A stretch of 54,971 nucleotides of DNA from contig JAQUSJ010000003.1 of assembly GCA_028715175.1 (NCBI GenBank), positions 1 to 54,971 on the forward strand. Direction: 5' to 3'. Below the pieces are notes generated by a model. It was not told the origin of the DNA, ran no database searches, and saw only the letters and a list, made by a program, of their open reading frames with translations. The stretch's first letter is position 1, and every line of letters begins with the position of its first letter. Origin of the DNA: Candidatus Daviesbacteria bacterium (GTDB lineage Bacteria; Patescibacteriota; Microgenomatia; Daviesbacterales; UBA10151). A program made the position numbers and the translations under genes. Of the stretch, positions 17,080 through 26,137 are shown piece by piece.

Positions 17080-17803
17080 TTCTAACCCAAAAGTATCGAT
17101 TGTTATGCCTGCTTTTAATGAAGAAAAATATATAGAAAATTCTTTATTTTCTCTTTTAGAATCGGAGCAGAAAACAAAAATAAGTTATGAAGTAATCTTA
17201 GTTGACAATAATTCTTCTGATCAAACTGTTAAGTTGGCCCAAAAATTTGCCAAAGGGATGAACTTAAGGATTATTAGAGAAGACAGGCAAGGTAGAGGAG
17301 CTGCCAGAGCCAGAGGTTTTGATGAAGCTCGAGGGGAGATTATTTTATCTGCCGATGCAGATACTGTTTTTTATCGGGGTTGGATAGAGACTTTAGTTTT
17401 TGCGATCAAAGGTGAGGTGGTAGCAACTACTACTTCTTGCAAGATTACGGATTGTTCGCCTTTGGCTAATGCATTAATTAATTTTTCTCAGCCCAGAATA
17501 GCATCTTTTTACAGGTTATTCTCAGGCCATTACTGGTTGGCTGGATTCAGTTTTGGTATATTAAAAACCATCTATCAAAAAAGCGGTGGGTTCAATACCA
17601 GTCTGCAAGCACAAGAGGATATAGATTTAAGCTTTAGGGTTGCAAAATTGGGCAAAATAAAATTTATTAACAAACCTGTAATATTCTCCGGAAGAAGATT
17701 CAAAAAAGGACTTTGGATTGGATTTTATGAGTATATTCAAACATTTGTTGAAGCTTTTGTCTTTAGAAAAGAAAAAAATGTCTATCTTGATAATCCGAGA
17801 TAA
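17072..17803 (+). CDS. Glycosyltransferase family 2
   Basis: VSIVMPAFNEEKYI and SADADT (DxD). Confidence 0.8.
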   Translation: MNNSNPKVSIVMPAFNEEKYIENSLFSLLESEQKTKISYEVILVDNNSSDQTVKLAQKFAKGMNLRIIREDRQGRGAARARGFDEARGEIILSADADTVFYRGWIETLVFAIKGEVVATTTSCKITDCSPLANALINFSQPRIASFYRLFSGHYWLAGFSFGILKTIYQKSGGFNTSLQAQEDIDLSFRVAKLGKIKFINKPVIFSGRRFKKGLWIGFYEYIQTFVEAFVFRKEKNVYLDNPR

Positions 17804-17824
17804 TTAATTTGGTAAGATATAAGA

Positions 17825-18940
17825 ATGGAGAGAGCTGAAGGAACCCCATCCGCAGAAACTAGGTCCTCACTTGGCACTAAGGATGTATTTATTGGCTCGG
17901 ATATAGTTAGGGTTTCTTGGGTGGAATTTTCTCCTCCTTTAACAAAGCAAGAAAAAGAGCACTTCGACCCTACTCGAGCAGTAATACACTTACCTGGTTG
18001 GCCATGGAAAGTTGATCAATCGGTTATCTGGCCTTTGCCTGGAAGTCTTGCCGAACAGTCTAAAGTCAGAACTTTAAGTATTGATACCAGAACTAATAAG
18101 ATAGGACCAGATTCTTTACAAATAGAATCAGCTGGAATAGCTGCATTTCTAAAAGAACAAGGCGTTAGAGAAGTTACACTAGTCGGACACTCGGAAGGGG
18201 CGATAAGAGCTGGTGATTTGGCCGTTATACTTCAGGAGCAATACCCTGATATAAAAATTAATGGCGTAGTTTTAGCAAATCCTATGGGTATGAATAATAG
18301 AAGTCTAGCGGAGATGGCAAAAGGTTTTTTATTGGATGTATTTAAAATCAGTGGCCAGGAGCGTCGGAAAATGGGGGTAGATAAACCAAAAGGACTAGAG
18401 ATGCAATTTGCGCAGAGTCTTTTGAAAGACATTGCTTTTGCCGGGCCTAGATATCTGCATATGCTTAAAAATCAATTAAATAATTTAATAAATATTAACC
18501 CTTATCTTGAGAAGATTAAAGCTCCGGTGGTGGTAATGGCAACAGACAGGGATTTAGTTTCTGATTTAAGAAAATATCTTCCTCCATCTGAAATTGAAAA
18601 CAGACAGCCTCCTCCTCAGACAGAAGAAGAATTAATTGATGAGATAGGTAAAAAATGGGACGAGATGAGTGAGGAGCGAAAGACGGAGTATGAAGCTATA
18701 TATGGCAGCAGGGAAAATTATATTAATAGTTATCAGGATGCCTACAAAAGCAGAAAAGAGATGGCAAGTTTAACCAGAGTCAGGCAGCATCATCTAAAAG
18801 AAAAATTATTACCTGAGGCAGAAAATGTGGTATTTTTAGTTGGCACTAAACATGCGGATCATGGAGGCATTGTTGATTTTAGACCTGAAACTGCAGCACA
18901 CATAATTTCTAGAATTTTTGGCAGACTAAGAAGACAATAA
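17825..18940 (+). CDS. Alpha/beta hydrolase fold protein
   Basis: The nucleophile elbow is LVGHSEGA (GxSxG), followed by a long charged C-terminal extension. Confidence 0.55.
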   Translation: MERAEGTPSAETRSSLGTKDVFIGSDIVRVSWVEFSPPLTKQEKEHFDPTRAVIHLPGWPWKVDQSVIWPLPGSLAEQSKVRTLSIDTRTNKIGPDSLQIESAGIAAFLKEQGVREVTLVGHSEGAIRAGDLAVILQEQYPDIKINGVVLANPMGMNNRSLAEMAKGFLLDVFKISGQERRKMGVDKPKGLEMQFAQSLLKDIAFAGPRYLHMLKNQLNNLININPYLEKIKAPVVVMATDRDLVSDLRKYLPPSEIENRQPPPQTEEELIDEIGKKWDEMSEERKTEYEAIYGSRENYINSYQDAYKSRKEMASLTRVRQHHLKEKLLPEAENVVFLVGTKHADHGGIVDFRPETAAHIISRIFGRLRRQ

Positions 18941-18944
18941 TTAT

Positions 18945-19955
18945 ATGGTTAGAATTAGATCTTTTTTAAAGATTCTGGTTATAGTATTTTTCTTTTTAAT
19001 TCTCTTGATTTCTTTTGGAGAATTTATTTTTAATTCTGTTAATCAGAACCTTCAGAAAATTGAATATGGTGTAACATTTTCTCCAAGATATGCTGGTTAT
19101 TTGAATTTGGACTGGCAAAAAACCTATGCTGCTATGCTAGATGATCTTAAAGTTAAACATTTAAGAATCCCAAGTTACTGGAATATGCTGGAGCCAAACC
19201 CAGACCAATTTGATTTTTCAGTCACAGATTACATGTTAGATGAGGCAGCAAAAAGAGGAGTAAGGGTAATTTTAGTTTTAGGAATGAGACAGCCCCGCTG
19301 GCCGGAATGCCATATTCCTGAGTGGGCCAAAAGTTTAACGTTACAAGATAGACAGCAAAAGATTTTGGAATTTGTGCAAAAAACCGTCGAAAGATATAAG
19401 GATCATCCAGCGGTTTGGGCTTGGCAAATTGAGAATGAACCTCTTTTGCGAGGATTTGGAGAAAATTGCGGCATTCCGGATAAAATTTTCCTCAAAAAAG
19501 AAGCGATTCTTGTTAGAAGTCTTAGCGATAAAACAATTATTATGACAGATTCCGGAGAATTGGGTTTTTGGATTACCCCTGCAGAGTTTTCAGATGTGTT
19601 TGGGACAACTTTGTATAGAAAAGTGCATGATAGATTCTTTGGGTATATAATCTATCCTTTACCCCCGTATTTTTACAGCCTTAAATCAAGCTTAGTGAGA
19701 AATATTTTTGCCCGCAACAATCAAAAGACTATTATTGTGGAACTTCAGGCAGAACCTTGGTTAGCAAGTGGCAGTTTTATATCCCCAGAAGAGCAAGCTA
19801 GAATTTTTACGGTGGATGATTTTAAAAATTATGTAAATTTTGCTAAAAAAACCGGCTTTGATGAAACTTATCTTTGGGGAGTGGAATGGTGGTATTTTAT
19901 GGCTAGCCAAGGCCGTTCTGAGTATTTGGAATTTGCCCGAGCTCTTTTTAAATAA
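18945..19955 (+). CDS. Membrane-anchored TIM-barrel glycoside hydrolase (clan GH-A-like)
   Basis: An N-terminal TM segment. WAWQIENEP is an acid/base NEP motif, and VELQAEPW is a candidate nucleophile Glu. Confidence 0.45.
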   Translation: MVRIRSFLKILVIVFFFLILLISFGEFIFNSVNQNLQKIEYGVTFSPRYAGYLNLDWQKTYAAMLDDLKVKHLRIPSYWNMLEPNPDQFDFSVTDYMLDEAAKRGVRVILVLGMRQPRWPECHIPEWAKSLTLQDRQQKILEFVQKTVERYKDHPAVWAWQIENEPLLRGFGENCGIPDKIFLKKEAILVRSLSDKTIIMTDSGELGFWITPAEFSDVFGTTLYRKVHDRFFGYIIYPLPPYFYSLKSSLVRNIFARNNQKTIIVELQAEPWLASGSFISPEEQARIFTVDDFKNYVNFAKKTGFDETYLWGVEWWYFMASQGRSEYLEFARALFK

Positions 19956-20772
19956 AGTTAATTTTCTTAAGAAATGTTTCAATACTTTTTTCTAAATCAG
20001 CAGGATTGTTTATAACTATAATGTGATTTGCTCTTTCAATGAAATCCAGCTCAGATCCTTTAATCCTTTTGGCAAGATAACGGGCAATTTCCGGAGGGAA
20101 AATAATATCTTTTATACCTTCAATCACTAATGTAGGAACAGTGATTTTATCCAGCAGTTTTTTGGCATTTAGACCCACCAAATTTTCACTCATCAACAAA
20201 TAGCTTCTTAAAGAGGTGTGTAAAATATCAGAAGATAATCGTCTGATATCCAAATCGGTTGTGCCAATAAATTTCTCAAAGTGGGCATGCCCGGAAGTTT
20301 TTATATCAGGCACAAATTTTAAGATCAGATTAATAAGATGTTTAAAAAAAGTTTTTTCTACGGGATTGTAGCTAAAAAATGGCGGCTTGAAACTTGTATC
20401 TATCAGCACTAATCCCTTGGAAACTTTGGGAAATTGAGCCTGAAAATAAATAGCGACCATGCCTCCAAAACAATGGCCGATAACTACCGGATTCGCGAGT
20501 CCCTCTTTCTTTACTAAGCTGGCCACATCTTTTGAGAAATTTTCCAGTTTATAGAAATTTTCATTATTGCTACGCTCTGATAAACCATGGCCCCGCAGAT
20601 CCATGGCAATGGTGGAAATCCCGAGCCTAGTAAAATATGTTCTTTCCTTTTTCCAGGCAGTCAGATCACCTCCAAACCCATGAAGAAATACCAGCCACTT
20701 ATTTTTATCTCTGGTAGTTTTGTGGTAATAAATCTTGGCTCCATCAAAGCTGGTAAAATAACCTCCTGCCAT
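19948..20772 (-). CDS. Alpha/beta hydrolase with Cys in the nucleophile elbow
   Basis: HGFGGD oxyanion region, elbow VIGHCFGGMVA (GxCxG), and late IEGIKD and ANH residues. Confidence 0.65.
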   Translation of the reverse strand: MAGGYFTSFDGAKIYYHKTTRDKNKWLVFLHGFGGDLTAWKKERTYFTRLGISTIAMDLRGHGLSERSNNENFYKLENFSKDVASLVKKEGLANPVVIGHCFGGMVAIYFQAQFPKVSKGLVLIDTSFKPPFFSYNPVEKTFFKHLINLILKFVPDIKTSGHAHFEKFIGTTDLDIRRLSSDILHTSLRSYLLMSENLVGLNAKKLLDKITVPTLVIEGIKDIIFPPEIARYLAKRIKGSELDFIERANHIIVINNPADLEKSIETFLKKINFI

Positions 20773-21150
20773 AATGGAAATAGTTTAGCATATAATGCTA
20801 CAATCGGAGCATGAATCCTCCGGTAAAGTCTACACTGAGTGAGATCGAAGCGTTCAGAACAAGAAAACTGGTACTTATGGTAAAATACTGATACTTATGG
20901 AAAGAAGAGGAGGAATAGAATCGGGTTATCCGTCAGAACTCGATTCGAATGCAGATATAATAACACCGCCATCTTTCAGAGAGATGTTAAGACATCCAGG
21001 CAGTCTTCTATGGGCAGTTGGTCTGGTATGCTTGGTCAGATTGACTCTTTGGGCAGAAGGATGTCCAAAACCTCAAAAATCTCCAAAAAATACTTAATTC
21101 TGCTTGTTAGTCGCAATGACATGAAGGTTGGATAATGCTACAATCGGAGC

Positions 21151-23400
21151 ATGAAAAGATTAGTGCTTGTAGACGGTAATGCCCTGCTTCATCGGGCATA
21201 TCATGCCACTCCTCCTTTTACTACTTCCAAGGGAGAGTTAGTTAATGCTGTTTTTGGCTTTTCTTCCATGATTTTAAAGGTTATTTCTGAACTTCATCCT
21301 GAGTATTTGGCTGTGGCCTGGGATGAAAAAGGGCCAACTTTCAGGCACCAGGCTTATACCCAATATAAAGCCACCCGGGGGCCTGCGGATGAAGGTTTAT
21401 CCAACCAATACAAAAGGGTTCATGAAGTAGTCCGGGCTTTTAATATTCCGGAATTTAAAGTTTCCGGGTACGAAGCAGATGATTTGATTGGGACTTTAGC
21501 TTTGCAGGCACAAAAAGAGAAGGATTTAGAAATTGTCATTGTGACGGGGGATCGGGATATCATGCAGCTTATTGATAAAAAGATTAAAGTATTTATGCCC
21601 AAAAAGACTCTTTCTGATGTGGGGCTTTATGGGGTAGAGGAGTTTATGGTTAAATACGGGTTTTTTCCTAAACAACTTACGGATTATAAGGGTTTGGCAG
21701 GAGATGCATCAGATAATATTCCCGGAGTAGCAGGGATTGGGGATGTTACAGCCACTAAATTAATTCACCAATTTGGTTCTATTGAAGAAATTTACAACCC
21801 TAAAAATTTAAAAACTCTTCCGGAAAGAACGCAAACACTGCTATCAGAAGGTGCAGAATCTGCGGTGATGAGTAAAAAATTGGCTATGCTAGACACAAAA
21901 GCACCTATCAAATTAAATCTTAAAGCTTGTGTAATGCATGATTTTGATAAGGAAAAGGTGGTTAAACTGTTTGAGGAATTAGAGTTTAAAAGTTTGATTG
22001 CCAGGTTACCCGAAGACGCTCGGGGTCCTGTCAGCTCGATATCCCGCCGTGCATCCTCGCTGGACGCTGCGGCTACGCGTCGGGATGCCCTTCTCGCTGC
22101 CACCCCTCGCGTGGCTACTTCTGACTTCGCCATCTCTCTTGATAACTTTGTTGCACCTATATTAGAAAAAATGTCTAAAACAGGTGTTTTAATAGATTTG
22201 AAGTTTTTAAGTAAGTTTGGTAAGGAACTAAAAGCTAAATTAGCCAAACTCGAAAAAGATATTTACTCAAAAGTGGGACATCAGTGTAATCTGAACAGCC
22301 CGAAACAATTATCGCAAGTGCTTTTTGATGAACTAAAATTACCGGTGGTCAGGAAAACTAAAACCGGCCGCTCAACCGATGAAGAGACTTTGCAAGAGTT
22401 ATCTTCCGCCCATCCTGTTGTGCCGTTCCTCCTCCAATACAGGCAGCTGTTTAAGCTGGTTTCAACATATATTGATAGCCTGCCAAAATTTGTTGGGCCG
22501 GATGGCAGAATCCACTCTACTTTTAATGTAGAGGGAGCTGCTACCGGCAGACTATCTTCAAAAGATCCTAATTTGCAAAACATTCCGGTTAAAGGTTCGG
22601 CAGGGGGAGAAATAAGGAAAGCGTTCGTGGCGCCCAAAGGCAAGATTTTATTGGGAGCTGATTATTCACAAATTGAGCTTAGAATAATGGCGCATCTGGC
22701 AGATGACCCGGGGCTAAAGAAAGCTTTTGAGCAAAGTTTGGATATCCACGGCGCCACTGCCTCAAGAATTTTTGGAGTACCAGTGGATAAAGTTACCAGG
22801 CAGCAGAGAATGGTAGCTAAAACCATGAATTTTGCCACGCTTTACGGGCAAGGCCCCCATGCTCTTTCCCGCCAGTTGGGAGTGAAATATGAGGTGGCGC
22901 GTCAATATATTGAAGAATATTTTGAGCAGTTTCCCAAAGTCAGGGAGTGGATGCAAAAAACTTTGGCTTTTGGTTATGAAAATGGTTACATTGAAACTTT
23001 ATGGGGGAGGAAAAGATATATTCCGGAGCTGCGAGCCGAAAATAGAATGATTAAATCAGCAGGTGAGCGGGCTGCTGTTAATCATCCTGTTCAAGGAACT
23101 GCCGCAGACATGATTAAAAAGGCAATGGTGGAAATAGAGAAAGAGCTATCAGCTATCAGCTATCAGCTGTCAGAAAGTCTGAAAGCTGACAAGTCGCCAA
23201 AGGCGACTGATACTGAAAGCTGCCGACTTATTCTCCAGGTTCATGATGAGCTACTTTTTGAATGCAACCCCAAACGTGTTAATGAAGTAGCAAGAATGGT
23301 CAAGGAGAAAATGGAGAATGCCTTAAAACTTTCTGTGCCGGTTTTGGTTGATCTAAAAACAGGGAAGAACTGGGGAGAAATGAAGCCCCTTAGAATTTGA
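21151..23400 (+). CDS. polA: DNA polymerase I: 5'-nuclease plus polymerase domains, no 3'-5' exonuclease domain
   Basis: The N-terminus LVDGNALLHRAYHA and GDASDNIPGV mark the 5'-nuclease. RLSSKDPNLQNIP, ADYSQIELRI and LQVHDELLFE are polymerase motifs A to C. Two repeat-derived inserts are present. Confidence 0.9.
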   Translation: MKRLVLVDGNALLHRAYHATPPFTTSKGELVNAVFGFSSMILKVISELHPEYLAVAWDEKGPTFRHQAYTQYKATRGPADEGLSNQYKRVHEVVRAFNIPEFKVSGYEADDLIGTLALQAQKEKDLEIVIVTGDRDIMQLIDKKIKVFMPKKTLSDVGLYGVEEFMVKYGFFPKQLTDYKGLAGDASDNIPGVAGIGDVTATKLIHQFGSIEEIYNPKNLKTLPERTQTLLSEGAESAVMSKKLAMLDTKAPIKLNLKACVMHDFDKEKVVKLFEELEFKSLIARLPEDARGPVSSISRRASSLDAAATRRDALLAATPRVATSDFAISLDNFVAPILEKMSKTGVLIDLKFLSKFGKELKAKLAKLEKDIYSKVGHQCNLNSPKQLSQVLFDELKLPVVRKTKTGRSTDEETLQELSSAHPVVPFLLQYRQLFKLVSTYIDSLPKFVGPDGRIHSTFNVEGAATGRLSSKDPNLQNIPVKGSAGGEIRKAFVAPKGKILLGADYSQIELRIMAHLADDPGLKKAFEQSLDIHGATASRIFGVPVDKVTRQQRMVAKTMNFATLYGQGPHALSRQLGVKYEVARQYIEEYFEQFPKVREWMQKTLAFGYENGYIETLWGRKRYIPELRAENRMIKSAGERAAVNHPVQGTAADMIKKAMVEIEKELSAISYQLSESLKADKSPKATDTESCRLILQVHDELLFECNPKRVNEVARMVKEKMENALKLSVPVLVDLKTGKNWGEMKPLRI

Positions 23401-23473
23401 CGATAGATGGTAGAAAGTAGAAGATGGAACTTTGAAGATGGAGAATGGACGATAGAAAAGTTATGATAAATAC

Positions 23474-23836
23474 ATGATTCAGAGCTTCAAAGATTTAGAG
23501 GTTTATCAAGAAAGCTATGAATTAGCAATTACTGTAAATAAACTTTGTATAAAACTTCCGATTTATGAGAAAAATGATTTAGCTTCACAATTAAGGCGTG
23601 CCTCAAAATCTGCACCTGCCAATGTTGCCGAAGGTTGGGCGAAAAGAAGATTTGAAAAAGAATTCAAAAAGCATCTCGATTGCGCAATTGGATCAGCTAA
23701 TGAGATGGAGGTGCATTTAAATATGGCAAAAGATTTAGGTTATCTGAATCAGGTAATTTGTGATGAGCTTATTAGTAGATATATTGCTTTAGGCGGGAAA
23801 CTAACCAATCTTAGAAATAATTGGAAAACTTATTAG
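23474..23836 (+). CDS. Four-helix-bundle protein (23S rRNA intervening-sequence protein family)
   Basis: FKDLEVYQESYELA, LRRASKSAPANVAEG and GSANEMEVHL are characteristic of the IVS/four-helix-bundle family. The protein is 120 aa. Confidence 0.8.
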   Translation: MIQSFKDLEVYQESYELAITVNKLCIKLPIYEKNDLASQLRRASKSAPANVAEGWAKRRFEKEFKKHLDCAIGSANEMEVHLNMAKDLGYLNQVICDELISRYIALGGKLTNLRNNWKTY

Positions 23837-23899
23837 TCTATTTTCTACCTTCAATCTTCAAAAATTCTACCATCTATTTTCCATTATCTACTGTCTAGA

Positions 23900-24826
23900 T
23901 CACACCACCATTTTCTTAACAGTTCTTTGTTCTGTTTCAAATTTCACAAATCCAGTTTTTTCCAAAATTAGGAAAATCAGCCAAAGTAGAGGATAGATTA
24001 GAAGGTTGAGGATAGAAACTAGAAATTGGAAAGTCAGAAAAAGTAATATTGCCAGAACTGCTGGCACAAAGCCTAAATAAGGCTTGAGAAAATTTTGCAC
24101 TTGATCCTTGACAGTTTGTTTGATTAAATTATTACTCAATTCTTGCGGAGCTAGGCTAGTTTTAGAAGAATTAGCTAAGCTATCAAGGATTTTAGGGTCT
24201 AAGCCAGATTGTTTTATAAGATCAGGATTTTTCTTTAAAAGTTCTATCTGTTCACCGGTGATTTGCGGCAGGTTTGCTTGTTCAGTCTGGGTGCCGGTTG
24301 TAGGTAGCGGCGCCATTTTAATGGCAGTATCTATCAGAGAATCGGGAATTTGGAAGCCGTTTTGGGCAATAATTTTGCTGGTGGAGAAGAAATAAACAAT
24401 ACAAATTGTCAGTATTAAAAGCCCTGACAAATGCCGAGCAGGAGGGCCCAACAGGCTGGATGGTTGGAAATTTAAGTAGCTTTTTAGCGCGACATCAAGG
24501 CTTAAGTTTGACAGCAGGAAACTAATAAAAATTGCTACTGCAAAAATTACAGCAAAAACTGGGTCCATAAACACAAAAGCTATTGCAGACCCAATAATTG
24601 CAGTAGATAAGCTAATTCTCCAATCCTCTGCAATTGTGGCCAAAAGAATAAATAATAAGCTGGAGAAGGAAATCAAAACTGAAATATAAATTAAAGTAAT
24701 TAGAGTATTTAAAGAAAGCGAGAAAATGAAATCATAGGATCTGAAAAGAGGAGTAGTTAGATAAATTAAGGTTAGGAAAGATATTAAAAAAAGAGGAGCA
24801 AAGATGAGTTTTTTAAAGTTAATCAT
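23900..24826 (-). CDS. Hypothetical polytopic membrane protein
   Basis: Multiple hydrophobic helices at both ends with a polar central segment. No motif recognised. Confidence 0.45.
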   Translation of the reverse strand: MINFKKLIFAPLFLISFLTLIYLTTPLFRSYDFIFSLSLNTLITLIYISVLISFSSLLFILLATIAEDWRISLSTAIIGSAIAFVFMDPVFAVIFAVAIFISFLLSNLSLDVALKSYLNFQPSSLLGPPARHLSGLLILTICIVYFFSTSKIIAQNGFQIPDSLIDTAIKMAPLPTTGTQTEQANLPQITGEQIELLKKNPDLIKQSGLDPKILDSLANSSKTSLAPQELSNNLIKQTVKDQVQNFLKPYLGFVPAVLAILLFLTFQFLVSILNLLIYPLLWLIFLILEKTGFVKFETEQRTVKKMVV

Positions 24827-24847
24827 GGTATACTCTTAAATCATAAC

Positions 24848-25681
24848 ATGAAGACTCTGGTTACACATATCAACCCACACCTGGATGATATTGCCTCAAT
24901 TTGGCTTTTCAAAAAATTTCATCCCGAATTTAAAGATGCAAAAATAGAATTTATCTCCGCATCGCGCAACCAGGCAACTACAGAAGAGAGCGAGGATAAG
25001 GTATTTTTAGGTACAGGTGGAGGAAAGTTTGATGAACATAAAGAAGGTCTTAATACCTGTGCCGGTTCTTTGGTTTATGATTATTTAAGGCAAAAAGGAT
25101 ACATTCCTCAAGACGAAATCACCCAAAAAGCGCTGGAGGTTCTGGTTGAATGGAATCGGTTGATAGATACCGGAAAAGCTCCAAATTCTCAGTTTGATGA
25201 ATTCAGTGTGCAATCTTTTATCAGGTGTAAGGACGGCACGCCCCAAAATTCCAATAGATCAGTTGAGTTAGGTATAGAGATTTTAAACAGAATCCTGGTA
25301 GTCTTAAAAAGAAAACAGCAAAGTTTGAAAGATTGGGAAAAAAGAAAAGAGTTTGCTACCAAGTTTGGCAAGTCTTTTGCGGTAGTTTCAGAAACCGTGG
25401 ATCGTGAATTCTGCAGGGAACAGGGAGGCGATCTGTTTTTAATGTATCACCCAAAATATAAATCAGTTCAATTTTTTACTCCTTCTTTTGAGATTGATTT
25501 GGAGCCAATTTATACTAAGGTTAAAACTTTGGATCCAGAGGCTTCCTGGTTTTTGCATCAAAGCCATCACATGGTTATTTGCGGTTCATCTTCTGCGCCT
25601 GACAGCAAACTCACAAAATTAAGTTTTGAAGAACTCATAGAAGTTACCAAACTAGTAGACAAGCATTCTCACATCTCCTAA
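24848..25681 (+). CDS. Hypothetical protein, possibly a MYG1/UPF0160-like metal-dependent hydrolase
   Basis: THINPHLDDIAS and GTGGGKFDEH resemble the THxGxFHxDE and DVGGxxDxxxHH blocks of the family. The match is weak. Confidence 0.35.
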   Translation: MKTLVTHINPHLDDIASIWLFKKFHPEFKDAKIEFISASRNQATTEESEDKVFLGTGGGKFDEHKEGLNTCAGSLVYDYLRQKGYIPQDEITQKALEVLVEWNRLIDTGKAPNSQFDEFSVQSFIRCKDGTPQNSNRSVELGIEILNRILVVLKRKQQSLKDWEKRKEFATKFGKSFAVVSETVDREFCREQGGDLFLMYHPKYKSVQFFTPSFEIDLEPIYTKVKTLDPEASWFLHQSHHMVICGSSSAPDSKLTKLSFEELIEVTKLVDKHSHIS

Positions 25682-25769
25682 TCCATCAAGCCCTTTTGCT
25701 TATTTTATAGGTAATTTTGTGATTCATATTACTGCAGCTAGAAAATTTTTATGGTAAAAAAGGATTCTT

Positions 25770-25955
25770 ATGTCCAGTAATATGCTTACCAACGGATTTT
25801 TAAAAGAAATTCAATCTTCCCTAGAGGATTTAGGAGGATGGGGTAGTGTAGAAATTTTTGTTCAAGACGGTAAAGTAACTCAAATTACCAGCCGGTCAAT
25901 CAGAAAAACCCAACATGAAATAGCTCAATTAATACCTGAAATTTTAACAGTTTAA
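25770..25955 (+). CDS. YezD/DUF2292-like small protein
   Basis: 61 aa. GSVEIFVQDGKVTQITSRSIRK matches the remembered DUF2292 core. Confidence 0.55.
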   Translation: MSSNMLTNGFLKEIQSSLEDLGGWGSVEIFVQDGKVTQITSRSIRKTQHEIAQLIPEILTV

Positions 25956-25997
25956 ATTTTGAAAGAAAATTAAATAAAGATTGCTGAGCGCGAACGC

Positions 25998-26028
25998 AGG
26001 CGACCCTATTTGGGTCGCCTTTTATTTT
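25998..26028 (+). terminator. Intrinsic terminator
   Basis: AGGCGACCC and GGGTCGCCT form a 9-bp stem with loop TATTT, followed by TTTATTTT. Confidence 0.8.
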
Positions 26029-26137
26029 GAAAATATGATTTCACTATTTTATTTGCCAATTTTAAGACCAGCTATAAAACAGGTTAAATCGCCTTAAGCT
26101 AGTTGGTTTTCGAATTGAAGGAAGGAGGTGAGAAAGA

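Noticed and set aside
20897-21097. A 66-aa ORF inside the insert upstream of polA.
   Set aside because: It has no homology signal, an odd composition and no clear terminator. It is kept only as part of the insertion finding.
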